DNA from: an uncultured Gammaproteobacteria bacterium | GTDB lineage: Bacteria > Patescibacteriota > Microgenomatia > UBA10105 > UBA927 | DNA length: 64,000 bases | Direction of reading: 5' to 3' | NCBI GenBank assembly: GCA_964596355.1 | Contig: CAZQTD010000001.1 | Location: forward strand, 68,446-132,445 | Shown: piece after piece, positions 9,460 through 19,309 of the stretch | Numbering within the stretch: the first letter of the stretch is position 1 | How the letters are laid out: every line of letters starts with the position of its first letter | Made by a program: the position numbers and the translations under genes | The notes under the pieces: generated by a model | What the model saw: the letters and a program-made list of their open reading frames with translations, nothing else | Databases searched by the model: none | Told to the model about the DNA's origin: nothing

Positions 9460-10284
9460 ATGAATACGTTAAGATTCTCCGTCATTATTCCGGCGCTCAA
9501 TGAAGAAAAATTTCTGCCCCATCTTCTGCGTTCTCTTGTTCGGCAAACCGTGAAGAACTTTGAAGTGATTGTGGTAGACGGAAATTCTAAAGACAAAACC
9601 GTACACGTCGCCAACCAGTTTTCTGGCAAAGTTCCGCGCTTTCGCGTCATTGAGCTGGCACAAAGAGGCGTTTCGCGCCAACGAAACGCAGGCGCCAAAA
9701 CAGCCGGGGCTAACTGGTTGGTTTTTGTGGATGCCGACAGCGTCCTTCTTTCCAACTTTTTTGAACGGATAGAGAAGTTTATCACGCTTAAAAAACCGCA
9801 ATTTTTTACGACGTGGTTTAAAACAGACAGCGAAGAACCCGGAGACGCAATCGCCGGATTCTTTGGCAATATGATGCTTGAAGGATACTTGCTTGTGTCC
9901 CGTCCGTGGGCGCCGGGTCCGCTGACGATCGTAAAAAAAGATGTGTTCTGGCAGGCAGGGGGCTATGATGAAGACGCATCGTTTGGCGAAGATCATGATT
10001 TGGGGATGAAGATATTTGAACAGGGAGTGAAATTCCAAATTCTTCGGGAAATACTGTATATTTATTCGCTGCGGCGCTACCGGCAGGAGGGGAGTCTAAA
10101 AACGTGGGAACGCTACGCACAAAGCGCCATGCGCGTGCTTCTCACGAGGCGCGGCCCCAAGCACATCCCCGGGTTTATCGCAGGAGGCGAGCTCTACAAT
10201 CATCGGCGCAAGCGAAAAACATCGCTGTTTTCGAAATCATTTGAACAGAAAGTCAAACGATTCATGAAGGAGCTGATAGAGTAG
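9460..10284 (+). CDS. Glycosyltransferase family 2
   Basis: N-terminal VIIPALNEEKFLP...VIVVDGNSKD...FVDADS (GT-A DXD region). Confidence 0.8.
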   Translation: MNTLRFSVIIPALNEEKFLPHLLRSLVRQTVKNFEVIVVDGNSKDKTVHVANQFSGKVPRFRVIELAQRGVSRQRNAGAKTAGANWLVFVDADSVLLSNFFERIEKFITLKKPQFFTTWFKTDSEEPGDAIAGFFGNMMLEGYLLVSRPWAPGPLTIVKKDVFWQAGGYDEDASFGEDHDLGMKIFEQGVKFQILREILYIYSLRRYRQEGSLKTWERYAQSAMRVLLTRRGPKHIPGFIAGGELYNHRRKRKTSLFSKSFEQKVKRFMKELIE

Positions 10285-10287
10285 CCT

Positions 10288-11103
10288 ATGTTTTCCATCA
10301 TCATTCCGACGCTCAACGAAGAAAAGTTTTTGCCAAACCTGCTTGCGTCACTGGCGTCTCAAACGAGAAAAAATTTTGAGGTAATCATCGTTGACGGGTG
10401 TTCAACCGATGAGACTGTGCGCGTGGCGAAATCATTTCAACAGAAGTTTTCCAGATTCAAAATATTGGAAGGCGTTGCGCGGGGCGTATCGCATCAAAGA
10501 AATGAAGGAGCAAGGGTGGCAAGCGGAGAGTGGCTAATTTTTGTGGATGCCGATAGCGTCCTTCTGCCATACGCGCTTGAGCGGTTTTCTTGGTTTATCA
10601 ACGCGTATCATCCGCAACACTTTACGTCGTGGGTTAAGCCGGACAGTGAGAAAGGCGATGAGGTCATTGTTTCCATCCTTGCAAATTTTCTTATCGAAGG
10701 GGCGCAACTTCTCAAGCGTCCGTTTGCCGTCGGCGCGCTGACAGCGGTAACGCGGCCCCTGTTTGCCGCAATCGGCGGATTTGACGAATCTATTACATGG
10801 GGAGAAGATTATGATTTGACGCTGCGCATATACAAGCGAAAGATCCCGCTTTACATTATCCGCGAGACGCTCTACATATTTTCCATGAGACGGTATAGAA
10901 CGCAGGGGACGTTTCGTTGGTTTCAGACTATAGCAAAAGCCATCGTTTCCGTACTGGTAACGAAAAAAGCGCCGCGAGATATGCCCGGATACATTATGGG
11001 CGGGCATGTGTATACCGTAAAACGAACGCCGATTCAACGATCTGTGATAAAACAATTTAACGCAGGTGTACGGAAGCTCATGAAAGAATTGTTTGAATTA
11101 TAA
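10288..11103 (+). CDS. Glycosyltransferase family 2 (tandem paralog of 9460..10284)
   Basis: Colinear with the upstream GT2 (IIIPTLNEEKFLP...IIVDGCSTDE...FVDADS). The pair looks like a tandem duplication. Confidence 0.8.
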   Translation: MFSIIIPTLNEEKFLPNLLASLASQTRKNFEVIIVDGCSTDETVRVAKSFQQKFSRFKILEGVARGVSHQRNEGARVASGEWLIFVDADSVLLPYALERFSWFINAYHPQHFTSWVKPDSEKGDEVIVSILANFLIEGAQLLKRPFAVGALTAVTRPLFAAIGGFDESITWGEDYDLTLRIYKRKIPLYIIRETLYIFSMRRYRTQGTFRWFQTIAKAIVSVLVTKKAPRDMPGYIMGGHVYTVKRTPIQRSVIKQFNAGVRKLMKELFEL

Positions 11104-11114
11104 CTTGTACGACA

Positions 11115-12662
11115 ATGCACATCATCGCTGATTTGCAGTTGCACTCTCGATTTTCTCGGGCCGTATCCAAGGAGATGACGATACCCACTATTGCCGCATG
11201 GGCGCGCAGGAAGGGGATTGGATTGGTGGCAACAGGCGACTGGACCCACCCGCTGTGGATGCGGGAGATTAAAGAACATTTGGAAGAGGTGGGGAATGGA
11301 TTATTGAAATTCAAGAACACGATATTAGAAACTGGAAGCAAGAAGTTGGACAATGAAGTTGGAAGTTCGACATTAGATAAACCCAAGTTACCCTCAAACA
11401 TCCAATCTCAAGATCTTATGTCCAACCTCTATCATCCACTGTCGCCATTGTTTTTGTTGGCCACTGAAATCTCATCTATTTATTCCCAAGGAGGAAAAGG
11501 CAGGAGAGTGCATACGCTCATTTGGGTTCCCACGCTTGATAGTGCGGACAAAATAAACAAGGAAATGACGCGTCAGGGATGCAATCTGATGAGCGATGGG
11601 AGGCCGATTATCGGGTTATCGTGCATTCAAGTGGCTGAACTTGTTCTTTCAATCGAGCCCAAGGCGCTTGTTATCCCGGCTCACGCGTGGACACCATGGT
11701 TCTCTGTGTTTGGTTCCATGAGCGGGTTTGACAGCTTGGAAGAGGCGTTTGGGCCGTATGCCAAGCATATTTATGCCGTGGAGACAGGATTATCGAGCAA
11801 CCCTTCGATGAATTGGCAGATAAACGAGCTTGACAGCCGCAGCATTGTTTCGTTTTCCGATGCCCACAGCGGGCCGAAGCTGGGGAGAGAGGCAACGGTG
11901 TTTGATGTTCCAAACGGGAAAGTTAGTTACGATGCAATTTTTCAAGCAATTCGCATGCCGTCGCTGGTATTTGCAAACAATAGATTAGCTCCCCCGGTGA
12001 AAGCTCGCGGCACGGCGCGTGAAGCCGCACCGCATGGCGCTGGCTCGTCGCGAAGGCAGTCCAGCATTGCCTATACCATTGAGTTTTATCCCGAGGAAGG
12101 CAAATATCACTACTCCGGCCACCGCGCGTGCAACATCCGCTGGGGGCCGACTGAAACCAAGAAAAACGGCACGACGTGCCCGGTGTGCGGCAGGCCGCTT
12201 ACCCAAGGCGTCGTGCAACGGGTGGAAGAATTGGCCGGCAGAAGCCAGGAAGAGCTGCAAATTACAAAAGACAATGTCCAAATCTCAAATTCCGATGCGG
12301 CCGTGCGGATGATCGCAAGCAAAGCGTTCCCTGATCGGCCGCCGTTTGTCATGCTCGTTCCTCTTCAAGAGATCATTGCTGAGTGTATCGGATCGCCGGT
12401 AGCTAGCCCCAAAGTGCAGATTCCATATTTCAAGCTCACTGACGCATTGGGCGGTGAATTTGCCGTTTTGCTCTATGCGTCCAAAGAAGATATTGCGAAG
12501 ATAGTCGGTGAGCGCATTGCGGCAGGGGTCGAAAAAGTTCGCGCCGGCGACATCGTCATTGACCCGGGCTACGACGGCGTGTTTGGCGTTGTCAAGCTCT
12601 GGCGCGAAGGAGAAACGCCTCCGCTTGTTGATGCTTCGAAAGAACAATTGTCAATGTTCTAA
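11115..12662 (+). CDS. PHP-domain protein, EndoQ-like (TIGR00375-like) with C4 zinc ribbon
   Basis: N-terminal HIIADLQLHSRFS PHP motif, a CPVCGRPLTQG zinc ribbon, and two low-complexity insertions. Confidence 0.6.
   Translation: MHIIADLQLHSRFSRAVSKEMTIPTIAAWARRKGIGLVATGDWTHPLWMREIKEHLEEVGNGLLKFKNTILETGSKKLDNEVGSSTLDKPKLPSNIQSQDLMSNLYHPLSPLFLLATEISSIYSQGGKGRRVHTLIWVPTLDSADKINKEMTRQGCNLMSDGRPIIGLSCIQVAELVLSIEPKALVIPAHAWTPWFSVFGSMSGFDSLEEAFGPYAKHIYAVETGLSSNPSMNWQINELDSRSIVSFSDAHSGPKLGREATVFDVPNGKVSYDAIFQAIRMPSLVFANNRLAPPVKARGTAREAAPHGAGSSRRQSSIAYTIEFYPEEGKYHYSGHRACNIRWGPTETKKNGTTCPVCGRPLTQGVVQRVEELAGRSQEELQITKDNVQISNSDAAVRMIASKAFPDRPPFVMLVPLQEIIAECIGSPVASPKVQIPYFKLTDALGGEFAVLLYASKEDIAKIVGERIAAGVEKVRAGDIVIDPGYDGVFGVVKLWREGETPPLVDASKEQLSMF
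11300..11440. repeat. AT-rich in-frame insertion element in PHP/EndoQ-like gene
   Basis: Contains GAAGTTGGA x2, TTGGAAGTT and GACATTAGA, the same modules as in the 23S insertions. Confidence 0.5.
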
Positions 12663-12739
12663 TTCGCCAGCTGGCGGATTCCCCATTGACGATGAAATTT
12701 TAAGCTGATAAGGTGAGTAAAGAAGGGGGGTGAAGTAAA

Positions 12740-13066
12740 ATGGCAGAAAAAGGAAATGAAAATCTCATGGGAGCGGCAAGCTACCTGTTAGGGTTCATAA
12801 CCGGAATCATTTTTCTGCTTGTTGAAAAGCAAAGCAAGTTTGTTCGATTCCATGCTATGCAGTCAACGATTCTCTTTGGCGGCATTTTTATTATTAACAT
12901 TGCCTTGGGCTTCATCCCGATTTTAGGATGGCTCTTGGGCTTATTGTTGTCTTTTGTTGCATTTATACTTTGGATAGTCTGCATGTGGAAAGCATTTCAG
13001 GGAGAGATGTACAAAGTGCCGTACGCCGGTGCCCTTGCAGAACAACAATTGGCAAAGATGAAGTAA
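12740..13066 (+). CDS. DUF4870-like small membrane protein
   Basis: FHAMQS motif between two TM helices. Strong SD GAAGGGGGG upstream. Confidence 0.6.
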   Translation: MAEKGNENLMGAASYLLGFITGIIFLLVEKQSKFVRFHAMQSTILFGGIFIINIALGFIPILGWLLGLLLSFVAFILWIVCMWKAFQGEMYKVPYAGALAEQQLAKMK

Positions 13067-13067
13067 C

Positions 13068-13706
13068 GTGGGCTTCAAAGATCGTATTGAGGCAGGACAG
13101 TTGCTTGCCCAAAAACTTAGCCACAGCGGCGAGGAACCAAATATCGTGGTAGGGCTTGCGCGCGGAGGGCTCATTGTTGCACACCAGATAGCGCGCGCAT
13201 TGTCAATTCCCTTTGACGTTCTCGTCGTTAAAAAAATCGGCGCGCCTCACAACAGCGAATTTGCTTTGGGCGCGCTTGCTCCTGACGGCGTTCGTGAAAT
13301 ACGTTGGAGAACCGCTGCTTCTGTCGGCGCAGACGAACACTATATTGCAACTCGCCTTGCCGCGCTGTCTAAAGAAATAAAAGAAAAAACACGTCTGTAT
13401 CGCAGGGGAAGGAAGCCGCTCGTCGTGAAAGATAACGCAGTGATTTTAACAGACGATGGTATTGCAACCGGAGCGTCATTTGAAGCCGCGATCAAGTGGT
13501 GCAACGTCAAACAAGCAAAGAGTATCACAGCGGCGGTGCCGGTTATGCCGTTTGACGCAGTTGCCCGCATACGACCGAAAGTTGACCAGCTCGTCACGCT
13601 TATGACGCCGCAGAATTTTGGCGCAGTGGGGCAGTATTATGAACAGTTTGATGAAATTGAAGACACGCGCATAGTTGATCTTCTAACGGAAGGAGGAAAG
13701 GCGTGA
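13068..13706 (+). CDS. Phosphoribosyltransferase family protein (COG1926-like)
   Basis: PRPP-binding motif VILTDDGIATGAS. GTG start. Confidence 0.7.
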   Translation: MGFKDRIEAGQLLAQKLSHSGEEPNIVVGLARGGLIVAHQIARALSIPFDVLVVKKIGAPHNSEFALGALAPDGVREIRWRTAASVGADEHYIATRLAALSKEIKEKTRLYRRGRKPLVVKDNAVILTDDGIATGASFEAAIKWCNVKQAKSITAAVPVMPFDAVARIRPKVDQLVTLMTPQNFGAVGQYYEQFDEIEDTRIVDLLTEGGKA

Positions 13707-14293
13707 AAATCATTGCCGGATTGGGGAACCCGGGAGAGCAGTATCAGGATACTCGCCACAACATTGGATTTATGGTGGTAGAAAAACTATCCCGCGAACT
13801 TGCCCGTGAAGCGCTTGCATGGGAAAAAAAGCGAGAGTGGGACGCTTTAATTGCCACAATCGGCGAGGTCGTTCTTGTCAAACCCCAGACGTATATGAAT
13901 AATTCCGGCATTGCAATCCAGAATATTCTTTCCTATTACAAGCTTGACGCCAATGATCTGTGGGTTATCCACGATGACATTGATTTGCCTCTTGGGAAAA
14001 TTCGTATCCGGATGGGAGGAGCAAGCGCAGGGCACAATGGTATTGAGTCTATCATGAGGCGTGTAGGAACTGATGCGTTTGTTCGGTTTCGTCTCGGCAT
14101 CGGACGCGGAAAAGAAGCGAGCAAAAGACACACAGATCAAAACTTGCGCCACCGGTCGGTCATTCAATTTGTTCTGTCGCGTTTCAGTCAGAGCGAAGCC
14201 GGCAGTCTTAAACACTTGGTAAAACGTGGCGTCATGGCTGTAAGAATCGCTTTAACGGAAGGAATAGACAAATCAATGAATAGGTTTAACTAG
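13703..14293 (+). CDS. pth: Peptidyl-tRNA hydrolase
   Basis: IIAGLGNPG...RHNIGF N-terminal signature. Confidence 0.9.
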   Translation: MKIIAGLGNPGEQYQDTRHNIGFMVVEKLSRELAREALAWEKKREWDALIATIGEVVLVKPQTYMNNSGIAIQNILSYYKLDANDLWVIHDDIDLPLGKIRIRMGGASAGHNGIESIMRRVGTDAFVRFRLGIGRGKEASKRHTDQNLRHRSVIQFVLSRFSQSEAGSLKHLVKRGVMAVRIALTEGIDKSMNRFN

Positions 14294-14388
14294 GAACAGC
14301 GCTCCATGGTTACCCCGCCCGTGTTGCATGGGGATTCGGTATAATAAAACCATGGACCATAGATCAAGTCCGGTATGACATAGAGCAT

Positions 14389-14643
14389 ATGCAGATTGTC
14401 GGCGACATACTGAAAACATTCAATCCGCTGGAGGATAAGTACATCTCGCGTGAATTTCAATCATACGGCATATACCTTGCGGAAACACTGGAGGATTATC
14501 CGCACAAATCGCTGTATATCCGGCTTGCAAAAACCGTGCCGCGGGCAATCCTTGAAAAAGCGCTGTCGTTTGTGAAGGACAGCAAGGCAAAAAGCAAGGC
14601 AAAATTGTTTATGTGGAAGATGAAGGAGCTCAAGAACGCATGA
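14389..14643 (+). CDS. Hypothetical protein (84 aa)
   Basis: An ORF only; the Lys-rich C-terminus overlaps the acyP start. Confidence 0.45.
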   Translation: MQIVGDILKTFNPLEDKYISREFQSYGIYLAETLEDYPHKSLYIRLAKTVPRAILEKALSFVKDSKAKSKAKLFMWKMKELKNA

Positions 14644-14909
14644 AGCGCGTGCACCTTATCATATGTGGCGATGCGCAAGGGGTGGGATTTCGCATGTGGG
14701 CTTTGCGGTATGCGCAGAGCAACCATCTCGTCGGCTGGGTAAAAAATAGAGACGACGGAACTGTGGAGCTCGTCGCCGAAGGATTGAGAAGTCAGCTGGA
14801 GGAGCTTATTAAACAGTGCCAGCACGGGCCTGATGTAGCGTGGGTGACGCGTGTGGACAGTGTGTGGAGCGACGGAACAGGAGAATTTGCTACATTCCAC
14901 GTGCGGTAG
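14640..14909 (+). CDS. acyP: Acylphosphatase
   Basis: VxGxVQGVGFR signature (ICGDAQGVGFRMWA) and GWVKNRDDGTVE. Confidence 0.85.
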   Translation: MKRVHLIICGDAQGVGFRMWALRYAQSNHLVGWVKNRDDGTVELVAEGLRSQLEELIKQCQHGPDVAWVTRVDSVWSDGTGEFATFHVR

Positions 14910-14939
14910 CACACGAATGTACGGTGTACAATAGACGGT

Positions 14940-15401
14940 ATGGAAATCATTGCAAACAGTATTCGCGGGAAGCCAGTGTTTTTTCTTCTGATTTCACTGG
15001 GATACATGGGTTTTGTGGGATTCATGAAGTGGAATGTTCGCCCGCCGGTTCTGTCGCTTGGATTTTTCGGCGGCGGACTATTGGGAATATATTTTTTGGA
15101 TATTGCAGAAGCGTTTTTCCGCCTATCGCCGTCGCCGTTTCGGAGCGTTTTGTTTGCCGCGGCTTTCGCTGCCGTAAGTTTCTTTATTGTGACGTCATCC
15201 GGCAGTTTGCTCGCGAGTGGTCTTGTGTTGTCGCTTTATCTTACGCTTATTCTCCGGCAGGCGGGCGAGTGGCACGTTGTGGGCAACCTAAACAGTTGGT
15301 ACCGGATGATTGCAGAACCGGTGGACGCGCGCACACAGCTTCTGGTATTCATTGGATTTATGATTCTTTTTCTAGTTGAAACGTTTTTGTTTATACGATA
15401 A
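14940..15401 (+). CDS. Membrane protein (4 TM), hypothetical
   Basis: Hydrophobic ORF only. Confidence 0.5.
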   Translation: MEIIANSIRGKPVFFLLISLGYMGFVGFMKWNVRPPVLSLGFFGGGLLGIYFLDIAEAFFRLSPSPFRSVLFAAAFAAVSFFIVTSSGSLLASGLVLSLYLTLILRQAGEWHVVGNLNSWYRMIAEPVDARTQLLVFIGFMILFLVETFLFIR

Positions 15402-15404
15402 GGT

Positions 15405-15884
15405 GTGATTCAGGAAGGTTCAAGACTTTGGCAGTATCTTTCTTACCCCATGCGCGTGTTGGCCGGCGATGGCGCGTTTCTTTTGCGTGACAGCGATATA
15501 CATCGCGACGAGGAGCCTACCGACTACTCGTATCTGGTATTTCCCTTCGCTAAGCTTTACGAAGGCTTTCTCAAGCAGCTTTTTTTAGATCTTCACATCA
15601 TTGACGAGCGGGACTATCAAAGCGAGCATTACCGCATCGGACGGGCATTGAGCCCAAATCTCAAACGCAGACTTGGAACATTAAGCGCGTATGCGCAGAT
15701 TGAAAAAAGATTCGGCAAAGGACTTGCAATGAGGCTCTGGCGCACGTGGAAAGACGGAAGAAACCTCGTCTTTCACTATTTTCCCGGCAACGACAGCGCG
15801 CTGTCGCTTGCGCGAGCCAAAGAAATTATTGCAACCATAGTTGACAGCATGGATGCCGCAATTGACCAAACGCATGTGAATTAA
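15405..15884 (+). CDS. Hypothetical protein (159 aa)
   Basis: An ORF only. It contains an R-x4-H dipeptide-spaced motif (RNLVFH), which is not enough to call HEPN. Confidence 0.5.
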   Translation: MIQEGSRLWQYLSYPMRVLAGDGAFLLRDSDIHRDEEPTDYSYLVFPFAKLYEGFLKQLFLDLHIIDERDYQSEHYRIGRALSPNLKRRLGTLSAYAQIEKRFGKGLAMRLWRTWKDGRNLVFHYFPGNDSALSLARAKEIIATIVDSMDAAIDQTHVN

Positions 15885-15939
15885 CACTTGCGCAGGGGAT
15901 TGCTGCGGAGTATCGTAGAAGGAGGGGAGAAGGCAGTCA

Positions 15940-16596
15940 GTGAAAAAATCCATACCATCGCCACAGATGACCGTTTTCCAATTGTGGGGCTGGATTCTTT
16001 TGGCGTGGGCTCTCTACCGGTATTTTCTGAAGCTTCCGGAATGGGCAGACGAGTTCGTGGCAAAGCCGCTTGTTTTTGTTGCTCCTGTCATCTGGTACGT
16101 TCAAAAAAAGGAGAAACGCGACCTATCCTCTATTGGTCTAACCTTCAAGAATATGGTTTCCAGCATGTACATCGGCTTGGGGTTTGGCATGATTTTTGCA
16201 ATTGAAGGAGTAGTTGCTCACGCGCTCAAATACGGCACGATGGATGTGAATCCCATCGCCGCGTTTCAGAAGTACGGCTTCCTACTCATTTTGATTTCTC
16301 TGGCCACCGCGTTTTCTGAAGAGCTTCTCAATCGGGGATTTATTTTTAACAGACTGTATGAAAAGACGGGGAATCTCATGAAGGCGGCAACGCTGGGCGC
16401 CGTCATGTTTGTGTTTCTTCATATCCCCATTCTCGTGACGCTTAATAAGCTGCAGGGCTTAACGCTGGTCATGTTTTTTGTCACAGATGTGATTTTGGCC
16501 TACGCCAACAGCATGCTGTTTCTCAATACCGGATCTCTCATCGCGCCGATCCTCGTTCACGTTTTCTGGAACATGACCGTGGCGCTGTATTTGTAA
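15940..16596 (+). CDS. CPBP family intramembrane glutamic endopeptidase (CAAX protease/Abi)
   Basis: EELLNRG, FLHIP and HVFWN motifs across TM helices. Confidence 0.8.
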   Translation: MKKSIPSPQMTVFQLWGWILLAWALYRYFLKLPEWADEFVAKPLVFVAPVIWYVQKKEKRDLSSIGLTFKNMVSSMYIGLGFGMIFAIEGVVAHALKYGTMDVNPIAAFQKYGFLLILISLATAFSEELLNRGFIFNRLYEKTGNLMKAATLGAVMFVFLHIPILVTLNKLQGLTLVMFFVTDVILAYANSMLFLNTGSLIAPILVHVFWNMTVALYL

Positions 16597-16653
16597 ACGG
16601 AGCAACAAAAACCCCCGCGAAACACGCGTTTTTAACGGTTGCTACGGGGTTTA

Positions 16654-16821
16654 TCATTTCGCCATTTGCTGGACCGGTTGTTGACACAGGCTCATGACGC
16701 GGACGACTGCGCTCCCCTGACCTAAATAATAGCCGATGATGCCGCCGAAGATGACCATCACCAATAAGACGGTGACGCTCATCATGTCCAGCTTAACCTT
16801 CGTTGTTTTCCCTTTTGCCAT
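16654..16821 (-). CDS. Small single-TM protein (55 aa) with strong RBS
   Basis: AGGAGGTG lies 8 nt upstream of the ATG. Protein MAKGKTTKVKLDMMSVTVLLVMVIFGGIIGYY... Not in the ORF track (<60 aa). Confidence 0.5.
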   Translation of the reverse strand: MAKGKTTKVKLDMMSVTVLLVMVIFGGIIGYYLGQGSAVVRVMSLCQQPVQQMAK

Positions 16822-16913
16822 AGAGTGTCACCTCCTTTCTGGTGCAGACATAGATGATACGGTCTATATCCATACTAACAATACGTAGGCGAGACGGTCA
16901 AGAGTGAAGGCCG

Positions 16914-17534
16914 TTATTGCGGCAGGACTTCGTTGACGGCAGTGAGAAGATCGGTAAACGATGTCAGTTCAAGTTTTTTACCGTTGAGGAAAAACGTCGG
17001 TGTGGCATTGACGCCGAAACGGCTCCCAGCGGCAACATCTGACAGCACCGCGTCTCGGTATGTTCCGGAGGCGAGCTCTTGAGTAAATTTGGCCTCGTCC
17101 AGTCCCAGTTCCTTGGCAAGCGCGGGAAACAACGTATCGTCAATTTTCTCCTGATTGGCAAACAGAAGCGCCGCGTATTCCCAGAATTTCCCTTGGGCGG
17201 CTGCTGCTTCTGCCGCCTCGGCGGCTTTTTGGGCGAAGGGATAGCGGCCCAGCGGGAAGTGGCGGTAAGCAACAAACACCCGATCGTTATATGTACGTAT
17301 GATCTGTTCAACAATAGGTTGAGCGGCTTTACACGCCGGACACTGAAAGTCAGAGAATTCCACAAGATACACCGACGCCTGACGGTTGCCTGTGGTGTGC
17401 GCCGAAGCGGGAACAAGATCATCTCTTGTAAATTGGGGCGCGGGTTTGGTAAACACTACCGCGGCAATGCCGATGATGACAATGGTGGCGGCGACAATAG
17501 CAAGGAGCACTTTTGATTCGTTCGTCAGCTTCAT
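16914..17534 (-). CDS. DsbA-family thiol:disulfide oxidoreductase (membrane-anchored)
   Basis: CPAC active site in a thioredoxin fold, with an N-terminal TM anchor. Confidence 0.8.
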   Translation of the reverse strand: MKLTNESKVLLAIVAATIVIIGIAAVVFTKPAPQFTRDDLVPASAHTTGNRQASVYLVEFSDFQCPACKAAQPIVEQIIRTYNDRVFVAYRHFPLGRYPFAQKAAEAAEAAAAQGKFWEYAALLFANQEKIDDTLFPALAKELGLDEAKFTQELASGTYRDAVLSDVAAGSRFGVNATPTFFLNGKKLELTSFTDLLTAVNEVLPQ

Positions 17535-18026
17535 TCACTCCTCCAGCTGGGTGCGCGGCGGATTACGGGTCAGCATCATGCTTCGTACGGTGAGTACAAA
17601 CAGTACTACCATATTTACTGCCGAAAGAACGCACCATGTACAGACGCCTTTGATAAGAAATACTTCAGTATAGGTAAACCACGCGACGAATCCTACGCCA
17701 AAGACGGTTATCCCCAGCATTGCTTTTAAAAGATTCCTGTTATCGCTCGTTGTGCGAAGAAAAGCCAACGCGGCAAGCGCGCTATAGCCAACGAGCCCGA
17801 TCGCCGGTACCGGAATGCCCATGGGGTAGGAAAGGGGGCTTTTGCGCACGAGCGCGCACCCCTCGCCGGTTAAGCACACGACCTGGGACTGCCGTAAGAA
17901 ACTTTGGAGGACGTAGGCGGCCATTGCGATGCCTACGATTGCAAGGATGAATATCACGCGATTGAGGAGCTTGATTGTGTCCGGTGTTTTGTCTTCGAGC
18001 ATAAATGTCTTTGCACAATACATCAC
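17535..18026 (-). CDS. Vitamin K epoxide reductase (VKOR) family protein
   Basis: Loop cysteines CLTGEGC and the active-site CTWC in TM4, four TM helices; adjacent to and co-oriented with dsbA. Confidence 0.8.
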   Translation of the reverse strand: MMYCAKTFMLEDKTPDTIKLLNRVIFILAIVGIAMAAYVLQSFLRQSQVVCLTGEGCALVRKSPLSYPMGIPVPAIGLVGYSALAALAFLRTTSDNRNLLKAMLGITVFGVGFVAWFTYTEVFLIKGVCTWCVLSAVNMVVLFVLTVRSMMLTRNPPRTQLEE

Positions 18027-18096
18027 CTTGGGATGATTTTCAATATGTGAGTTGGTCTGCGCTGTGACTGTATGGTATAGTACAAATCAGCGAGGT

Positions 18097-18756
18097 ATGA
18101 TATCCAATCCCAAAAAGATCGTCGAGGAATTTTTTGCTCACTACTCGTTCGTTCTCTACAAAAAAGGCGAAACTATTATTCGCGCAGAAGACCAGCCGCC
18201 GGGCGTGTTTTACCTGAAGAAGGGCTTCGTGCGCATGTCTTTGCTTTCTGAAAAGGGTGAATTTTTGATACTTCACATCTTTAAGCCCGGATCGTTTTTT
18301 CCCATGACGTGGGTGGTCAACAACACGCCAAACCGATACTATTTTGAAGCCCTCACGGTGGCAGAACTTTACCGCGCGCCCAAGCAAGATGTCCTTGCGT
18401 TTCTTTCGCGGCATCCGGAAGTACTTTTTGACGTCGGCGGAAGAATTTTAGCAGGAGTCAGCGGGATGCTTGCCCGTTTGGAACAGCTGGTACTGGAGAA
18501 TGCGTATGCCAAAACACTGCTCCTTCTTCTTTATTACGCCAGACAATTTGGAACCAAAACACACGGCAGTGTCACTTTAACTGTACCTTTGACGCACCGC
18601 GAGGTCGCGGCGTGGATCGGAACCACGCGGGAAACGGCTAGTCTGCAGATTGAGGCGCTCAAGCACAAGAGGGTCATCTCGTATAAAGGACGTCAGCTTG
18701 TGATCAACGACGTTGCCAAACTTGAAGAAGAGCTTGGCAACGGGTCTATCCATTGA
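18097..18756 (+). CDS. Crp/Fnr family transcriptional regulator
   Basis: cNMP-binding beta-roll plus a C-terminal HTH (REVAAWIGTTRETASLQ). ATG at 18097 with GAGGT upstream. Confidence 0.75.
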   Translation: MISNPKKIVEEFFAHYSFVLYKKGETIIRAEDQPPGVFYLKKGFVRMSLLSEKGEFLILHIFKPGSFFPMTWVVNNTPNRYYFEALTVAELYRAPKQDVLAFLSRHPEVLFDVGGRILAGVSGMLARLEQLVLENAYAKTLLLLLYYARQFGTKTHGSVTLTVPLTHREVAAWIGTTRETASLQIEALKHKRVISYKGRQLVINDVAKLEEELGNGSIH

Positions 18757-18820
18757 CTGTTCCTGCCTCCTTTATTTTTGTTATGTACATTACAAAATAC
18801 ATATGGTAGTGTAATAGTAT

Positions 18821-19309
18821 ATGAACAAAATCCTTCCTGTTTTTGTACTGGTTGTTGTGGGTTTGGGTCTCGGGTGGTATGCCTTGAAAGGGCAAACACG
18901 CGTTCCCGCTACGAGGAGTGAATCGATGGTGGAAGAGGCGGCGACTGGCCCTTCGGGCATGATGGAGGAAACCGACGAAGCCATGATAAAACAGGGCGAA
19001 ACCAAAGAGTTTACGCTGGATTCCTTTGAGTTTGGGTATGACCAGAAGACGCTGACAGTTGCCGCGGGCGACACGGTAACCATTACGCTCACAAATAGCG
19101 GCACAATGGTGCATGACTGGGTGGTCGATGAATTTAACGCGCGGACGAAACGAATTAAAAACGGCGAAACCGATTCAGTGACGTTTGTCGCAGACAAAGC
19201 AGGAACTTACGAATTTTACTGCAGCGTGGGCAACCACCGCGCACAGGGCATGGTGGGGAAGCTCATCGTGGAGCAGGCAATGAAGGATGAGTCGGGCAAC
19301 AAGGACTAG
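18821..19309 (+). CDS. Secreted/membrane-anchored cupredoxin (plastocyanin/azurin-like blue copper protein)
   Basis: N-terminal TM/signal, then type-1 Cu ligands H (MVHDW), C-x2-H-x4-M (YCSVGNHRAQGM). Confidence 0.75.
   Translation: MNKILPVFVLVVVGLGLGWYALKGQTRVPATRSESMVEEAATGPSGMMEETDEAMIKQGETKEFTLDSFEFGYDQKTLTVAAGDTVTITLTNSGTMVHDWVVDEFNARTKRIKNGETDSVTFVADKAGTYEFYCSVGNHRAQGMVGKLIVEQAMKDESGNKD

Noticed and set aside
15405-15884. HEPN-like R-x4-H motif (RNLVFH)
   Set aside because: A single short motif without the surrounding helical pattern or a partner gene is not enough.
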